DNA of 64,000 nt from Parcubacteria group bacterium Gr01-1014_31 (GCA_007376135.1 VMFR01000003.1:11660-75659), one strand, 5' to 3'; positions 28,969 to 40,072 are shown, numbered from the stretch's first letter. Notes: generated from the letters alone by a model not told the origin. Made by a program: numbers and translations.

Positions 28969-30180
28969 TCAACGCGGGTCGGCCAGGAGCTGCGACAGCA
29001 GCTGGTTGCGTTCCTTCATGGAGCGGGCGTGGAGGACCACCGCGATGGTTTCGCCGCGCCGGACGGCGACGGTGCGCTGGGCCTCAATGAGAAAACCGGA
29101 TTTGGCGCCGTCGGGGCCGAAACGCAGCAACGTAGCGTTGCGGTTGACGACCGGGATGTCGCGGGCGGTGCCATCCGGCCGACGGGCGGCGATGGTGAAT
29201 TGTCCCATGACCGACGTGCGAGCGATCTCGGGCTGGCTGAAAGCCGCCGCCGCCAGGCGCGCCATTTCGGCGGCCGTGGAAACATTGTAGGGATCCAAAC
29301 CGCTGGGGTCGGTGAAGCGGGTGCGGGTCAGGCCGAGCGCGTTGGCTTTGGTGTTCATCGCGGCCACGAATTCGCGTTCGGTCAAGCTGCTGGCGCCTGC
29401 CAGCATTCCGGCCGCTTGGTTGGAGGAGGCCACCAGCATCGCTCGCCACAGGTCGCGCACCGTCACGCGGTCGCCGGACGTGAACGGCACCTCGCTGGTG
29501 ACGTCGCCGGGGTCGACGTACAGCTGCGGATAGGCGAGGGCGTCGGCGGTGATGGGGACGACCTGGTCCCAATCGGGGTCGTGGTCGAGCAGTACCATCG
29601 CTGTCATCAGCTTGGTCAGCGACGCGATGGGCAGGATCTCATCGGCGCGGGTGCCATCGGCGATCTGGCCATCCTCAAGCCGGGCGGCGGCCACGCCGTT
29701 GAACGCGGGGTCAAAGGTGATCTGCCGCGTGTTCATCGGCACCTGGGCGAGGTCGGCGGTTTTCACCCCCAGGTGCGCGCGCAGCACGGCCGTCCAGCAG
29801 GATTCGGGGTCGTTCAAGGGAGTTGCCCGGCTGTCCAGCGGGCTGACGAAGTACAGCCGGCCGCGTTGTTCGGTCGCCAGCAGAAAGCGGCCCGACAACC
29901 GGCGGGCGAGTCCGCGGTCGCCGCCGCGCTTTCCGGCGGCGGGGAGTTTGTTCAGGTCCGCGGTGCGGATGCCCAGGGCAAGTTGCGGGGCCAGCTCCCA
30001 GCAGCCGCCGGGGTTCTGCAGAAAGTAACGTTTTCCGTCCCCCGGGTTGACGTACCAGGCTTGGCCGCGCTGGTCAGTCTGGAGCAAGACCCGGCCCGCG
30101 GCGCGTTGGGTTAACGGCGGCGCGGCGGCCAGCAACGGCAGCGGGATGATGAAGAGTCCGAGGAGAAAGAATTTGCGCAT
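28969..30180 (-). CDS. D-alanyl-D-alanine carboxypeptidase (S11, PBP5/DacB-like) with two N-terminal approximately 55-aa tandem repeats
   Basis: SxxK 'SLTK', SxN 'SSN', KTG-like region; signal peptide; repeats 'LLxTxQRGxxxYVxPxDxxxxxLxxPxxCW...TADL'. Confidence 0.8.
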   Translation of the reverse strand: MRKFFLLGLFIIPLPLLAAAPPLTQRAAGRVLLQTDQRGQAWYVNPGDGKRYFLQNPGGCWELAPQLALGIRTADLNKLPAAGKRGGDRGLARRLSGRFLLATEQRGRLYFVSPLDSRATPLNDPESCWTAVLRAHLGVKTADLAQVPMNTRQITFDPAFNGVAAARLEDGQIADGTRADEILPIASLTKLMTAMVLLDHDPDWDQVVPITADALAYPQLYVDPGDVTSEVPFTSGDRVTVRDLWRAMLVASSNQAAGMLAGASSLTEREFVAAMNTKANALGLTRTRFTDPSGLDPYNVSTAAEMARLAAAAFSQPEIARTSVMGQFTIAARRPDGTARDIPVVNRNATLLRFGPDGAKSGFLIEAQRTVAVRRGETIAVVLHARSMKERNQLLSQLLADPR

Positions 30181-30288
30181 ACCCGGTAGGACAACAGTCA
30201 AATATGGTGGTTTCCTCGTAACAATTGAGAGTGTACTTGCCCTGACGCAGACTTTTCCCCGCCCGTCCGTTGTACTACCGGGCATACG
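30177..30288 (-). repeat. Start-codon-enclosing inverted-repeat element, copy B (upstream of dacB-like gene)
   Basis: Terminal inverted repeats gcatacccggtaggacaacag and ccgttgtactaccgggcatacg. Fills the entire intergenic space between the M23 stop (30289) and the dacB ATG (30180, inside the repeat). Confidence 0.7.
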
Positions 30289-31488
30289 TTAGGGAAGCAA
30301 CGGGTCAAGGCGTTGGACCTCGGCGGTAAAGGCATCCCGTTGGTCGTCGGGGATAGGTATGCCGGCGGGCAATTCGACGGTGAACGGGTTGACCTTCGCG
30401 CCGCGTTGGTACATTTCGTAGTGTAGGTGCGGCCCGGTCGAGTGGCCCGTCGATCCTACGTAGCCGATGACCTGGCCCTGGGATACGTTCGTTCCCGTCC
30501 GCATACCTTTGGCTAAACGGGAGAAGTGGCCGTAGCGGGTGGTGAATGTTTCATTGTGGCGCACGGTCAGGGAAATACCGTAGCCGTTATTCCAACCGGC
30601 TTGCACCACCACGCCGTCGCCAACCGCAACCGTCGGCGTTCCCATCGGCGCCGCGTAGTCAATGGCGTAATGGGCGGTGATCTTTTTTGAAATGGGATCC
30701 CAGCGCCTGCCGGTGAATCCGGAACTGATGTAGCGATAGGTCAGCGGCGATTTTAAAAAGACGCGCTGCAGGGAATGGCCTTGTTCGTCAAAGTAGCCGC
30801 TCACGCCGTCAGTTGAAAAATGGTAGGCATGGTAGGCGGTGCCGTCATTGGTAAATCGTGCCGTCAGGATATTGCCGGGCATGACGTATTTCCCGTTGCG
30901 AAAGCGCTGTTCGTACGCCACGGCGAACGTATCGCCGACCCGCACGTCAACGGCAAAGTCCACTTGCCAGGCAAAGACTTCGGCCAAGGCGATGGCCAGC
31001 TGGCCGTCATCACCTTGGGAAAGCATCGCTTCCCACAGGGACGAAGTGATCTCGCCCCTCGCTATTGCGGTCCGTACTTCGTAGGGGACGGGCTGCTCAT
31101 CCGCTATCCAGCCGTCGGCGGTGCGGCGAACCGTCACGATATCTTCGCGATTCGGTTCATAGCTGACCGCGACGAGCCGGCCGTCGTCGGCCGAGAATGT
31201 GAACGTGAGCGGCTGGCCGGATCGGAGTTCGGCCAGGGTATGGATCGTTTCGGAAGCCGTCAACACCGCCTGCGCGTCGGTACCCCCGACCTCTGCCCGC
31301 TCGGCGAGGACGCCAAAAGTATCGCCCTCCCCGATGACGAACGGTACCGTCCGATCGGGCGTTGGGGTTGGCGTTTCCGTCGCGGCGGGTGTTGGTGCGT
31401 CCGGCGTGGAACGGCCGCTGCGGGGTAAGAGCAATGTGGCCGTTCCCAGTAGGGCAAATGTTGCAACCAAAAAAATGGTTTTCCGCAT
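30289..31488 (-). CDS. M23 family metallopeptidase (LytM-like)
   Basis: 'HxxxD' and 'GYVGSTGHSTGPHLHYEM' M23 catalytic motifs; signal peptide. Confidence 0.85.
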   Translation of the reverse strand: MRKTIFLVATFALLGTATLLLPRSGRSTPDAPTPAATETPTPTPDRTVPFVIGEGDTFGVLAERAEVGGTDAQAVLTASETIHTLAELRSGQPLTFTFSADDGRLVAVSYEPNREDIVTVRRTADGWIADEQPVPYEVRTAIARGEITSSLWEAMLSQGDDGQLAIALAEVFAWQVDFAVDVRVGDTFAVAYEQRFRNGKYVMPGNILTARFTNDGTAYHAYHFSTDGVSGYFDEQGHSLQRVFLKSPLTYRYISSGFTGRRWDPISKKITAHYAIDYAAPMGTPTVAVGDGVVVQAGWNNGYGISLTVRHNETFTTRYGHFSRLAKGMRTGTNVSQGQVIGYVGSTGHSTGPHLHYEMYQRGAKVNPFTVELPAGIPIPDDQRDAFTAEVQRLDPLLP

Positions 31489-31543
31489 ACGTGGGCAACC
31501 ATTATAGCACACTCCCTCAACGGCGGGAGTGTGGAGGGTGGTA

Positions 31544-32404
31544 TTACGTGCCCGTGACTGCGGCAAGGATGATGACACCGCCCACCGCCAGCGTGATGCC
31601 GATTCGCTGGCGGAGGCGTAATTGTTCGCGGTTGACGAGCAATCCCAGCAGTACGGCGAGCGCCACATAGCTTTCGCTGATGGTGATGGCAACGGCGATC
31701 GGGATGAATGTCGTTGCCAGCGCGTAGCCGACCCAGGCGGTGACATCGGCTGCTCCCAGGGCGATGATCAGTCGCCAGTGCGCGCGCACCTGGAAGAGCA
31801 AGCGCTTGATCCTTCGTTGGAACAGAAGCGCCGTCAGCGCTTCCATGGTCAGTGCCGCGTAGGTCACCAGCAGCGCCAGCATCGGCGAAATGTCCTGGCT
31901 GTTCTTGCCGATCAGAAAATTGCTGGCCGCCAAGCCGAAGGCGCTGAAGAATGCCAGCGCGGCTCCTCGTTCCAACCGCGTCGCGGTGCTGGCGCTGGCC
32001 AGCATCATGCCGGTAAAGACCGCCAGGATCAGGCCGATCTGCAGGGGCGACAGCTGTTCGCGGCCGATGGCGATGCTCAGGGCGACGGTCAGCGGCAGCT
32101 CCAGGGCGATGATGGGGGAGACCACCGAGATTTTGCCGCGCCGCAGCGCCAGGAAATTCACTGGCGCCGATACGCAGGCAATCAGGGCGGAGAGCGCGAG
32201 CGGCGGCCACTGGGAATGATCGCCGAGCGCGGCAACCAGCGCCGGTGCAGCGGCCGGCAACAGCGCCAACGTGCCGATGCCCGAGAGCAGGAGCAGGGAC
32301 GCCCACACGCCGACCAGGCGCGCCGTTCGTTGAATGAAAAAATCGCCCAGGCCCCAGCCGACCAAGGCGAGCACGGACAATCCGATGCCAAGCCAGGCGC
32401 GCAT
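31544..32404 (-). CDS. DMT superfamily (EamA-like) transporter
   Basis: Ten predicted TM helices in two repeated halves. Confidence 0.7.
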   Translation of the reverse strand: MRAWLGIGLSVLALVGWGLGDFFIQRTARLVGVWASLLLLSGIGTLALLPAAAPALVAALGDHSQWPPLALSALIACVSAPVNFLALRRGKISVVSPIIALELPLTVALSIAIGREQLSPLQIGLILAVFTGMMLASASTATRLERGAALAFFSAFGLAASNFLIGKNSQDISPMLALLVTYAALTMEALTALLFQRRIKRLLFQVRAHWRLIIALGAADVTAWVGYALATTFIPIAVAITISESYVALAVLLGLLVNREQLRLRQRIGITLAVGGVIILAAVTGT

Positions 32405-32407
32405 GGG

Positions 32408-32980
32408 CTAGGCGAGTTTGTGCCAGGCCCGCAACAGCCGCTCGCGTCGTGGCTTGGACAGCCGCGTTGGCGCGCGCTGGCGCTGACGGAACGCTTCGTA
32501 GAGAGTGACGGCAGCCGCGACCGACACGTTGAGGCTCTGGGCGAAACCGACCTGGGGAATGCGGAAGGTGCCATCAGCCAGGCGTGCGGCCGCATCACTG
32601 GCGCCGTGGTGCTCGTTGCAAAATACCAGGGCGGTCGGCGGTCGCAATTTCAGCCGATAGAGGCTGATCGGTTTTCCGGCCAAGGTGCTCGCCAGGATGC
32701 GGTATCCCGCGCGGCGCAAGACGCGGTAGCAGGCGACAATGGTGGCGTGCCGTTCGATATGCAGCCATTTCTTGACCCCGGCGGCAGCCTTTGCGCCGAT
32801 GCCCGGGAAGGTGTCCCGGTCATAGACCAGATGTACGTCCTGGATTCCGACGGCATCGCACGTGCGCAGGATGGCGGCGATATTGTGAGGATCCCAGATG
32901 TTCTCCAGAACGACCGTCAGCCCACGCTGGCGGTGAGCGGCGACCTGGAGCAAACGTTTTCGGCGCGCCATCGTTATCAT
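32408..32980 (-). CDS. SpoU/TrmH family RNA 2'-O-methyltransferase
   Basis: SPOUT motifs 'VVLENIWDPHNIAAILRTCDAVG', 'LVFCNEHHG', 'LNVSVAAAVTLYE'. The long N-terminal extension in the ORF track overlaps the next gene, so the start is trimmed. Confidence 0.75.
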   Translation of the reverse strand: MITMARRKRLLQVAAHRQRGLTVVLENIWDPHNIAAILRTCDAVGIQDVHLVYDRDTFPGIGAKAAAGVKKWLHIERHATIVACYRVLRRAGYRILASTLAGKPISLYRLKLRPPTALVFCNEHHGASDAAARLADGTFRIPQVGFAQSLNVSVAAAVTLYEAFRQRQRAPTRLSKPRRERLLRAWHKLA

Positions 32981-32984
32981 AGGT

Positions 32985-33764
32985 TCATGGGCAATTACCC
33001 GCCTTGCGGAATCCCGCGGCAATAGCGTCATTCTCGACGCAGAACCATTGTTCATCCTTGGTTTCCTCGATGACCGTCTTTTCATAGGAGCCGCAACCGG
33101 GCAGGTGGTAGATTTTTTCTCCCTTCGTATTGATATTCCCTTTAATGCTGCAGCCACCCGGCGGCGGAGTGGCGGCAACGGCGGCGGCATCGGCGGCAGC
33201 CGCGCATGCGCCCCACAGGCCGCGTTTGGCGGCTTTCGCTTGGGCCATGGCGTCATCCAGCGCAGGAGCGTAGAGGACGTCGGGTGGATAGCGCGAGGCA
33301 AAAGCGAAACCGTCGGCGACCAGCGTTTCGTTCACCATGGTGTCGTTGATGTATACGTAACGCAGCAAGCGGCCGAAGCGGTCGGTGTCGGTGCGGTCGC
33401 GTTCCAGCCGGACCGTTTTCCCCAGTACCAGGCGTTCATTGGCCATTTTGGATTCGTTCGCGAAGCAATCCTTGCGGCTGAACTCCGGCGCGTCGATGCC
33501 CAGGTAGCGCACCCGTCGGCCATCCTTCAGTTCAATGGTGTCGCCGTCAATGACGCGCGCAACGCTCGCGGAGGCATCCAGCGCCAACTCCTCCTCATCG
33601 GTCCAGCTGCTCAGCACCGCCGCCACGGGGGTTGGAGAAGGGGCTGCGGTCGGTATGGCCGCAGGCGACGGACGGTTCAAGCGGGAAACTAATGTCGCGC
33701 CCAGCAGCAAGCCGGCGAAGAAAGGTATGAGCCATCGGCCGCGCAGGACTCCTAGGGGCGCCAT
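32985..33764 (-). CDS. Secreted thermonuclease (SNase-like) with Cys-framed C-terminal domain
   Basis: 'VIDGDTIEL...RYLGIDAPE' SNase motifs; C-terminal '[26 protein letters not shown]...[19 protein letters not shown]'. Confidence 0.75.
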   Translation of the reverse strand: MAPLGVLRGRWLIPFFAGLLLGATLVSRLNRPSPAAIPTAAPSPTPVAAVLSSWTDEEELALDASASVARVIDGDTIELKDGRRVRYLGIDAPEFSRKDCFANESKMANERLVLGKTVRLERDRTDTDRFGRLLRYVYINDTMVNETLVADGFAFASRYPPDVLYAPALDDAMAQAKAAKRGLWGACAAAADAAAVAATPPPGGCSIKGNINTKGEKIYHLPGCGSYEKTVIEETKDEQWFCVENDAIAAGFRKAGNCP

Positions 33765-33771
33765 ACGCGGT

Positions 33772-34638
33772 TTACAGCGTCGGCGGTGCGGGCTCGTCGA
33801 GGGTCGGTTGCACGATCTGTTGGGCGTCGAGCGCCAGTTGCGCGGCGGCTCCCGGGGAAAATCCAAGTTTTCGTAGAACCTCGGGCTGGCCGGCCAACTG
33901 TCGGCACAGCAGCACATCGCGCTGCAGTAGCACCCGCCGCTGGATCCCCGACAGTCGCGGCAGGCAGGTGATGGGGTAGAGGGCGGCGGCCTCGATCAGG
34001 CGTTGGAGGCCGGCTTCCGCCGGGTAACCCCAGCCCAACACTTTGAGGCCGACGCAACGGGCGAAGTTCAGTGCGTCGCTGGTGACCTTGGTGTTGGTGA
34101 CGAGCCACCCTTCGTCGAAGGCGTGGCCGCCGCCGTGTCCGGCGGCGCCACGGTCGCGGATGTCCTCAAAACGCGCCCAAGTGTACATCGCGACCTTGGC
34201 GTCCGACTGCACGCCCCGGCGGTTGTGGTATTTGCATTCCACCATCAGCCGGCGGCCGGCGCGTTCGGCAATGACATCCACTTCATGGCTGATGCAGCGG
34301 CCGGCAACATGCTGCCCGACCAGGGTCGCGTAGCCGTAGTGGTCAAAGATCTTGGCGACGTATCGTTCGAACGGGTAGCCTTCGGGTCCCAACTCCATAA
34401 TGGCGCGTCGCAGCCGATAGCGTGCCGCCACCCGCTGGTCGAGGCGGCCCAATTCGCTGGAGACGCCGAGGGCCAGGTCGTCGGTCGTCAGGCCGGAGTG
34501 CAGACGACCCCGCAGCCGCTGCAACACGGCCCTCACGTGCTCGGGGTTGGCGCCGACCCGCTGCAGGGAGGAAACCAGCTTATCCTCGCGGAACGGCTCG
34601 TGCCAGTGTGTGGCTTTCTGGATGCGAAATGTCCGCAC
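33772..34638 (-). CDS. ATP-cone domain protein fused to Mrr-like (PD-(D/E)xK) restriction-endonuclease-fold domain
   Basis: N-terminal ATP-cone-like region; '[20 protein letters not shown]' D-x(n)-ExK motif. Confidence 0.6.
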   Translation of the reverse strand: MRTFRIQKATHWHEPFREDKLVSSLQRVGANPEHVRAVLQRLRGRLHSGLTTDDLALGVSSELGRLDQRVAARYRLRRAIMELGPEGYPFERYVAKIFDHYGYATLVGQHVAGRCISHEVDVIAERAGRRLMVECKYHNRRGVQSDAKVAMYTWARFEDIRDRGAAGHGGGHAFDEGWLVTNTKVTSDALNFARCVGLKVLGWGYPAEAGLQRLIEAAALYPITCLPRLSGIQRRVLLQRDVLLCRQLAGQPEVLRKLGFSPGAAAQLALDAQQIVQPTLDEPAPPTL

Positions 34639-34650
34639 AGTCCAGCGCGG

Positions 34651-35715
34651 TTAGCCAACACTGCTCGATGGTCGTTGGCCGGCGGTTTTGTCGCGGAATT
34701 CCTGCTGGTAGATCTCCAGCAAAGCGAGGAAGACGCTCAGAATGATCGGGCCGGCCACAAATCCGACCACGCCAAAGACCTGCAGTCCGCCCAGTACCGA
34801 CACCAGCACGAGCAGGGGGTTGATCCTAACTCGCGAGCCGATGAACTCGGGGTTGAGCAAGTTGTCGATGAGGCCGACGACCAACACACCCCAGAGTGTC
34901 AGTCCGATGGCCGTACCCGTATGACCGCCAACGAAAAGGTAGATCACCGCAGGAACGATGACGGTCGCCGTGCCGAGCCACGGCACGAACGAAATAGGCA
35001 CGGTCACCATGCCCCAGAGCACCGCGCCCGGGACCCCGAACATCAGAAATCCGACGCCGGTCAGCACGCCTTGGATGACGGCCAGGAGCAGCGCGCCGAG
35101 GATGACCGAGGTGACCATCAATCGCACGCGCGCGATGATCTTGGCATCATAGTGGTTGGGCAGCGGCGACAGCTGGGCGAAAAGTTTTGGCAGCTTATCT
35201 CCCTCTTTGAAGAAGTAGTACAGGCCGTAGAGGAACACCACGATGTGAATGAAGGTGCCCGCGACGCTCGACAGGATGCCGGCGGCATGGCTGATGAAGA
35301 AACGGAGCGCCTGCCCGATGTACTCATCGACGTTGAGCGCCGCCGGGTCGAACGACGGGCTGATTTTGCCGAAGAAATTTTCAGGCAGGTCGATCAGCTG
35401 CTGCAGGACGCGGTCGAAGAGCCCACCTTGCTGCAGCCGTATGACGAACTGCTGGGCTTCCAGGACAGCGGTCGCCGTCAGCGCAAAAATCGGCAGCAGC
35501 ACCCCGGACAGCACAATGAGCATGCTGACGAACGCCGCGATGGTCCCGTGCCCAAGCCATACCCGCAGCCGCCGATGCAGCGGCCAAAAGATGATGGCCA
35601 GCGTCGCCGCAAACAGCAGCGGGGTCAGGTAGGGCCGAAACAGCCTCGCCACCAGCGCAAATGCGACGGCGAGGAGGCCGAAGAAAAAGACGTTCTGAAA
35701 ATGACGTTGTTGCAT
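34651..35715 (-). CDS. AI-2E family (PerM/TqsA-like) transporter
   Basis: Eight TM helices, characteristic Gly-rich C-terminal helices 'GGLQVFGVVGFVAGPIILSV'. Confidence 0.8.
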   Translation of the reverse strand: MQQRHFQNVFFFGLLAVAFALVARLFRPYLTPLLFAATLAIIFWPLHRRLRVWLGHGTIAAFVSMLIVLSGVLLPIFALTATAVLEAQQFVIRLQQGGLFDRVLQQLIDLPENFFGKISPSFDPAALNVDEYIGQALRFFISHAAGILSSVAGTFIHIVVFLYGLYYFFKEGDKLPKLFAQLSPLPNHYDAKIIARVRLMVTSVILGALLLAVIQGVLTGVGFLMFGVPGAVLWGMVTVPISFVPWLGTATVIVPAVIYLFVGGHTGTAIGLTLWGVLVVGLIDNLLNPEFIGSRVRINPLLVLVSVLGGLQVFGVVGFVAGPIILSVFLALLEIYQQEFRDKTAGQRPSSSVG

Positions 35716-35823
35716 ACCCGGTAGTACAACGGTCGGGCAAGAGTTGCGTTACGACTTAATAAATATTGAATCGCTGCCTAATATCCTTCGGCCGCATGGG
35801 CCCGTTGTCCTACCGAGCATACC
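35712..35823 (-). repeat. Start-codon-enclosing inverted-repeat element, copy C (upstream of AI-2E transporter gene)
   Basis: Inverted repeats gcatacccggtagtacaacgg and ccgttgtcctaccgagcatacc; the gene ATG (35715) lies inside the first repeat. Confidence 0.7.
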
Positions 35824-35873
35824 CTCATTGTACGCTTCCTAGCCATTTTTTGCTACTAGGGAGGTTTTTGCCC

Positions 35874-35901
35874 TTGACAAATCGTGGTTTTTTGGTATAC
35901 T
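35874..35901 (+). promoter_or_regulatory. Sigma70-like promoter
   Basis: TTGACA, 16-nt spacer, TATACT, about 55 nt upstream of TTG start 35959. Confidence 0.55.
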
Positions 35902-35958
35902 GCGTGTTTCGCTGTTCTTTCCGTTCCGTGGTTTTTAGGAGTTTGGAGGAGGTGTACC

Positions 35959-36894
35959 TTGAATCATGAGCAATGGTTTTCCCGCCTGCGCGAGCAGGCT
36001 CGCGCGGTCGCCGATCATCAGGCAAAAGCATCCGAATTCAGGATGTTCGGCCACGTCATTGGCTGTATCGACGGGCGATGCGGCGCCCCAGTGTACGGTT
36101 CGTTGCCGTACAAGCACTCTCGGATCCTGGGCGCCTACGTCGACCGACGCAACGCCCGCGCGATCATGCGGCGACTGCGCCACGATGCGCAGCGGGCCGA
36201 GGCACGCGGTTTGCGGCAGCTGGTGGTGTGCGAAACGCATACCGACTGCGCGTACCGCGCGGCGCTGGGCGTGAGCGAACTCGAAGTGTGGGAGAACTTC
36301 TGCAGCTGGTGCCGCTCGGTGCCGAACACCGAATTGGTGTGGATCTCGCGCGACGTGGCGAACGGCGCGGTGCGCATCCATGCGGCTCACGGCATCGTCG
36401 ACGCGGCGCGCTGCCGCGAGTTCTCCCCGCGCGGGCTATCCCTGTCGCAGATGTCGGAGCTCCTGCAACGTGCAGGGATCACCGGGTACGACCTCGTGCA
36501 CGACCTGTCGCGGTGCCTGCAGGGAAACATCGCCTATCTGGGGCAACCCTACCGCTGTTCGCAGCACAAAGAGGAGGGGATCGTCGTCGGTTCCGGCTTG
36601 GCGGGCGATCCGTCATACTTCATGGTCTCCGACCGCGTCGAACGTCTGAAACCCGCGCTGGGCGTGGCGGCCAATCTGCTGCTCCAGCGCCAGTCACGGC
36701 CCATTCCCGTGGCCGTGGTCATCCAGCGGCACCCGCATCGTTCCGATAAGAACGATACCTATGCGGCCAATCTGCACGCGCTCAAGGGTGAGGTCTCCCG
36801 CGCGTTGCAGCAGCTCAGCTGCCAAGAATCCTTCCCCCTCATGACCGCCTACGCCGTTAAAGGCCGCGGCGATCTCGTTCCTTGTAACACATGA
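35959..36894 (+). CDS. Hypothetical protein with beta-carbonic-anhydrase-like Cys-Asp-Arg / His-x-x-Cys motif pair
   Basis: 'GCIDGRC' (CxDxR) and about 50 aa later 'CETHTDCAY' (HxxC); AGGAGG RBS 7 nt before TTG. Confidence 0.4.
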   Translation: MNHEQWFSRLREQARAVADHQAKASEFRMFGHVIGCIDGRCGAPVYGSLPYKHSRILGAYVDRRNARAIMRRLRHDAQRAEARGLRQLVVCETHTDCAYRAALGVSELEVWENFCSWCRSVPNTELVWISRDVANGAVRIHAAHGIVDAARCREFSPRGLSLSQMSELLQRAGITGYDLVHDLSRCLQGNIAYLGQPYRCSQHKEEGIVVGSGLAGDPSYFMVSDRVERLKPALGVAANLLLQRQSRPIPVAVVIQRHPHRSDKNDTYAANLHALKGEVSRALQQLSCQESFPLMTAYAVKGRGDLVPCNT

Positions 36895-36951
36895 GCAGTA
36901 CCTGCTCGTGCCTCACGGCGGCGGTGGTACCCCCACTGCCGCTTTCTTTTT

Positions 36952-37986
36952 TTATACAATCAGCATCGCGTCGCCGTAGGAATAGAAGCGATAGCCCGCA
37001 GCGATTGCCTCCTGGTAGGCCGCCAGCACCAGGTCGCGTCCGCCAAATGCGCATACCAGCAGCAGCAAGCTGGAGCGGGGGAGATGAAAATTGGTGACCA
37101 ACCCATCAACGGCCTGGAAACGGAAGCCGGGCGTGATGAAGAGGGTCGTTTCCCCACCGCCGGCGGAAACCATGCCGCGGTGGTCAAGGGCGGATTGTTC
37201 CAGCGTGCGCACTGTCGTGGTGCCGACCGCCACGACCCGGCCTCCGCGCCGGCGGCAAGCATTGATGGCCGCGGCCGCCGGGGGCGTTATCGCGTAGCGT
37301 TCGGCGTGCAATTGGCCGGTCTGCAGTTGCCGAGGGCGCAGTGGCTGGAACGTGCCTAGCCCGACGTGGAGGGTAACCGCCGTTGATGCGATGCCGCGCT
37401 GGCGCAGCGCAGCAAGCAGCGCCGGGGTGAAATGCAGTCCGGCGGTCGGTGCGGCCACCGCCCCCGGATTTTTTGCGAACATCGTTTGGTAGTTGACGCG
37501 GTCGGCCGGAAAATCCTCGCGTCCCAGGTAGGGCGGCAGCGGCACATGGCCGGCCTCGTCCAAAATTTTTTCCAGTGGGACATCGGTCTGCAGGGCGACG
37601 GTCGCCAGTCCTTCCGGATGCTTGGCGGTGATAGTGACACGCAGTTCCTTGGATACCGTCAGCGTCTCCCCAACGCGGCATTTGCTGGCGGGCTTGAGCA
37701 ATGCCTCCCACGAACCCGGGGCCAACTCCCGGTGGAGCAGCAGTTCCACGGCGCCACCCGACGCGCGGATAGCCCGCAGCCGCGCCCAGATGACCTTGGT
37801 GTCGTTGACAACCAAGCAGTCGGCGGGCGCCAGGAGGGCCGGCAGGTCGGCAAAGGTTCGGTGCTGCCACGATTGCGTCCGCCGGTCGATGACCAGCAGC
37901 CGTTCGGTGCCGCGCGCGAGGGGTTCCCGCGCGATCAATGACGGCGGCAGCCGGAAGTCGTACGATTGCAGATCGGCAGGCAGCAT
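36952..37986 (-). CDS. queA: S-adenosylmethionine:tRNA ribosyltransferase-isomerase
   Basis: 'LSDFDFELPEELIA'-like N-terminus ('LQSYDFRLPPSLIAREP'), conserved 'VAVGTTTVRTLE'. Confidence 0.9.
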   Translation of the reverse strand: MLPADLQSYDFRLPPSLIAREPLARGTERLLVIDRRTQSWQHRTFADLPALLAPADCLVVNDTKVIWARLRAIRASGGAVELLLHRELAPGSWEALLKPASKCRVGETLTVSKELRVTITAKHPEGLATVALQTDVPLEKILDEAGHVPLPPYLGREDFPADRVNYQTMFAKNPGAVAAPTAGLHFTPALLAALRQRGIASTAVTLHVGLGTFQPLRPRQLQTGQLHAERYAITPPAAAAINACRRRGGRVVAVGTTTVRTLEQSALDHRGMVSAGGGETTLFITPGFRFQAVDGLVTNFHLPRSSLLLLVCAFGGRDLVLAAYQEAIAAGYRFYSYGDAMLIV

Positions 37987-38092
37987 ACCCCGTAGGACAA
38001 CGGTTAAACGTATGGTCTTCGTGTTACGACGTAAAAAGTATCTGTGCCGCCGTTTCTTTTCCATCCCCAGCCCGTTGTACTACGGGGCATAG
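37983..38092 (-). repeat. Start-codon-enclosing inverted-repeat element, copy D (upstream of queA)
   Basis: Inverted repeats gcataccccgtaggacaacgg and ccgttgtactacggggcatag; the queA ATG (37986) lies inside the repeat. The ORF track artificially extends queA through the element as '...LTVVLRGM'. Confidence 0.7.
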
Positions 38093-38208
38093 GGTCGGCC
38101 TTATCGTAGGGTGCCACGCCGACGGTGTCAAAATCGTCCTGCGTTGCGTTTTTTCGTCTTCTATGGTATGGTGGTGCACACCCCGCGGGGATTTTTTATT
38201 TACGTTCC

Positions 38209-40029
<1,821 letters not shown>

Positions 40030-40046
40030 CGTCGGTTCGCGTCGCC

Positions 40047-40072
40047 CGCGCGTCAGCCGCGCGGTTTTTTAT
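40047..40072 (+). terminator. Intrinsic terminator after typA
   Basis: gcgcg-tcagc-cgcgc followed by ggttttttat. Confidence 0.6.

Noticed and set aside
28729-30114. 461-aa + strand ORF
   Set aside because: Antisense shadow of the dacB-like gene; Gly/Arg-rich composition typical of out-of-frame high-GC translation.
31260-33025. Large overlapping ORFs (348 aa minus, 467 aa plus) across the DMT/SpoU region
   Set aside because: Alternate-frame high-GC artefacts; the DMT and SpoU frames carry recognisable family motifs.
37987-38064. N-terminal extensions through the inverted-repeat element (queA 'MEKKRRHRYFLRRNTKTIRLTVVLRGM', dacB 'LTVVLPGM', etc.)
   Set aside because: The extensions are translations of the repeat element. 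True starts are the ATG within the distal repeat, matching ortholog N-termini (e.g. the QueA 'LxDFDFxLPxxLIA' start).
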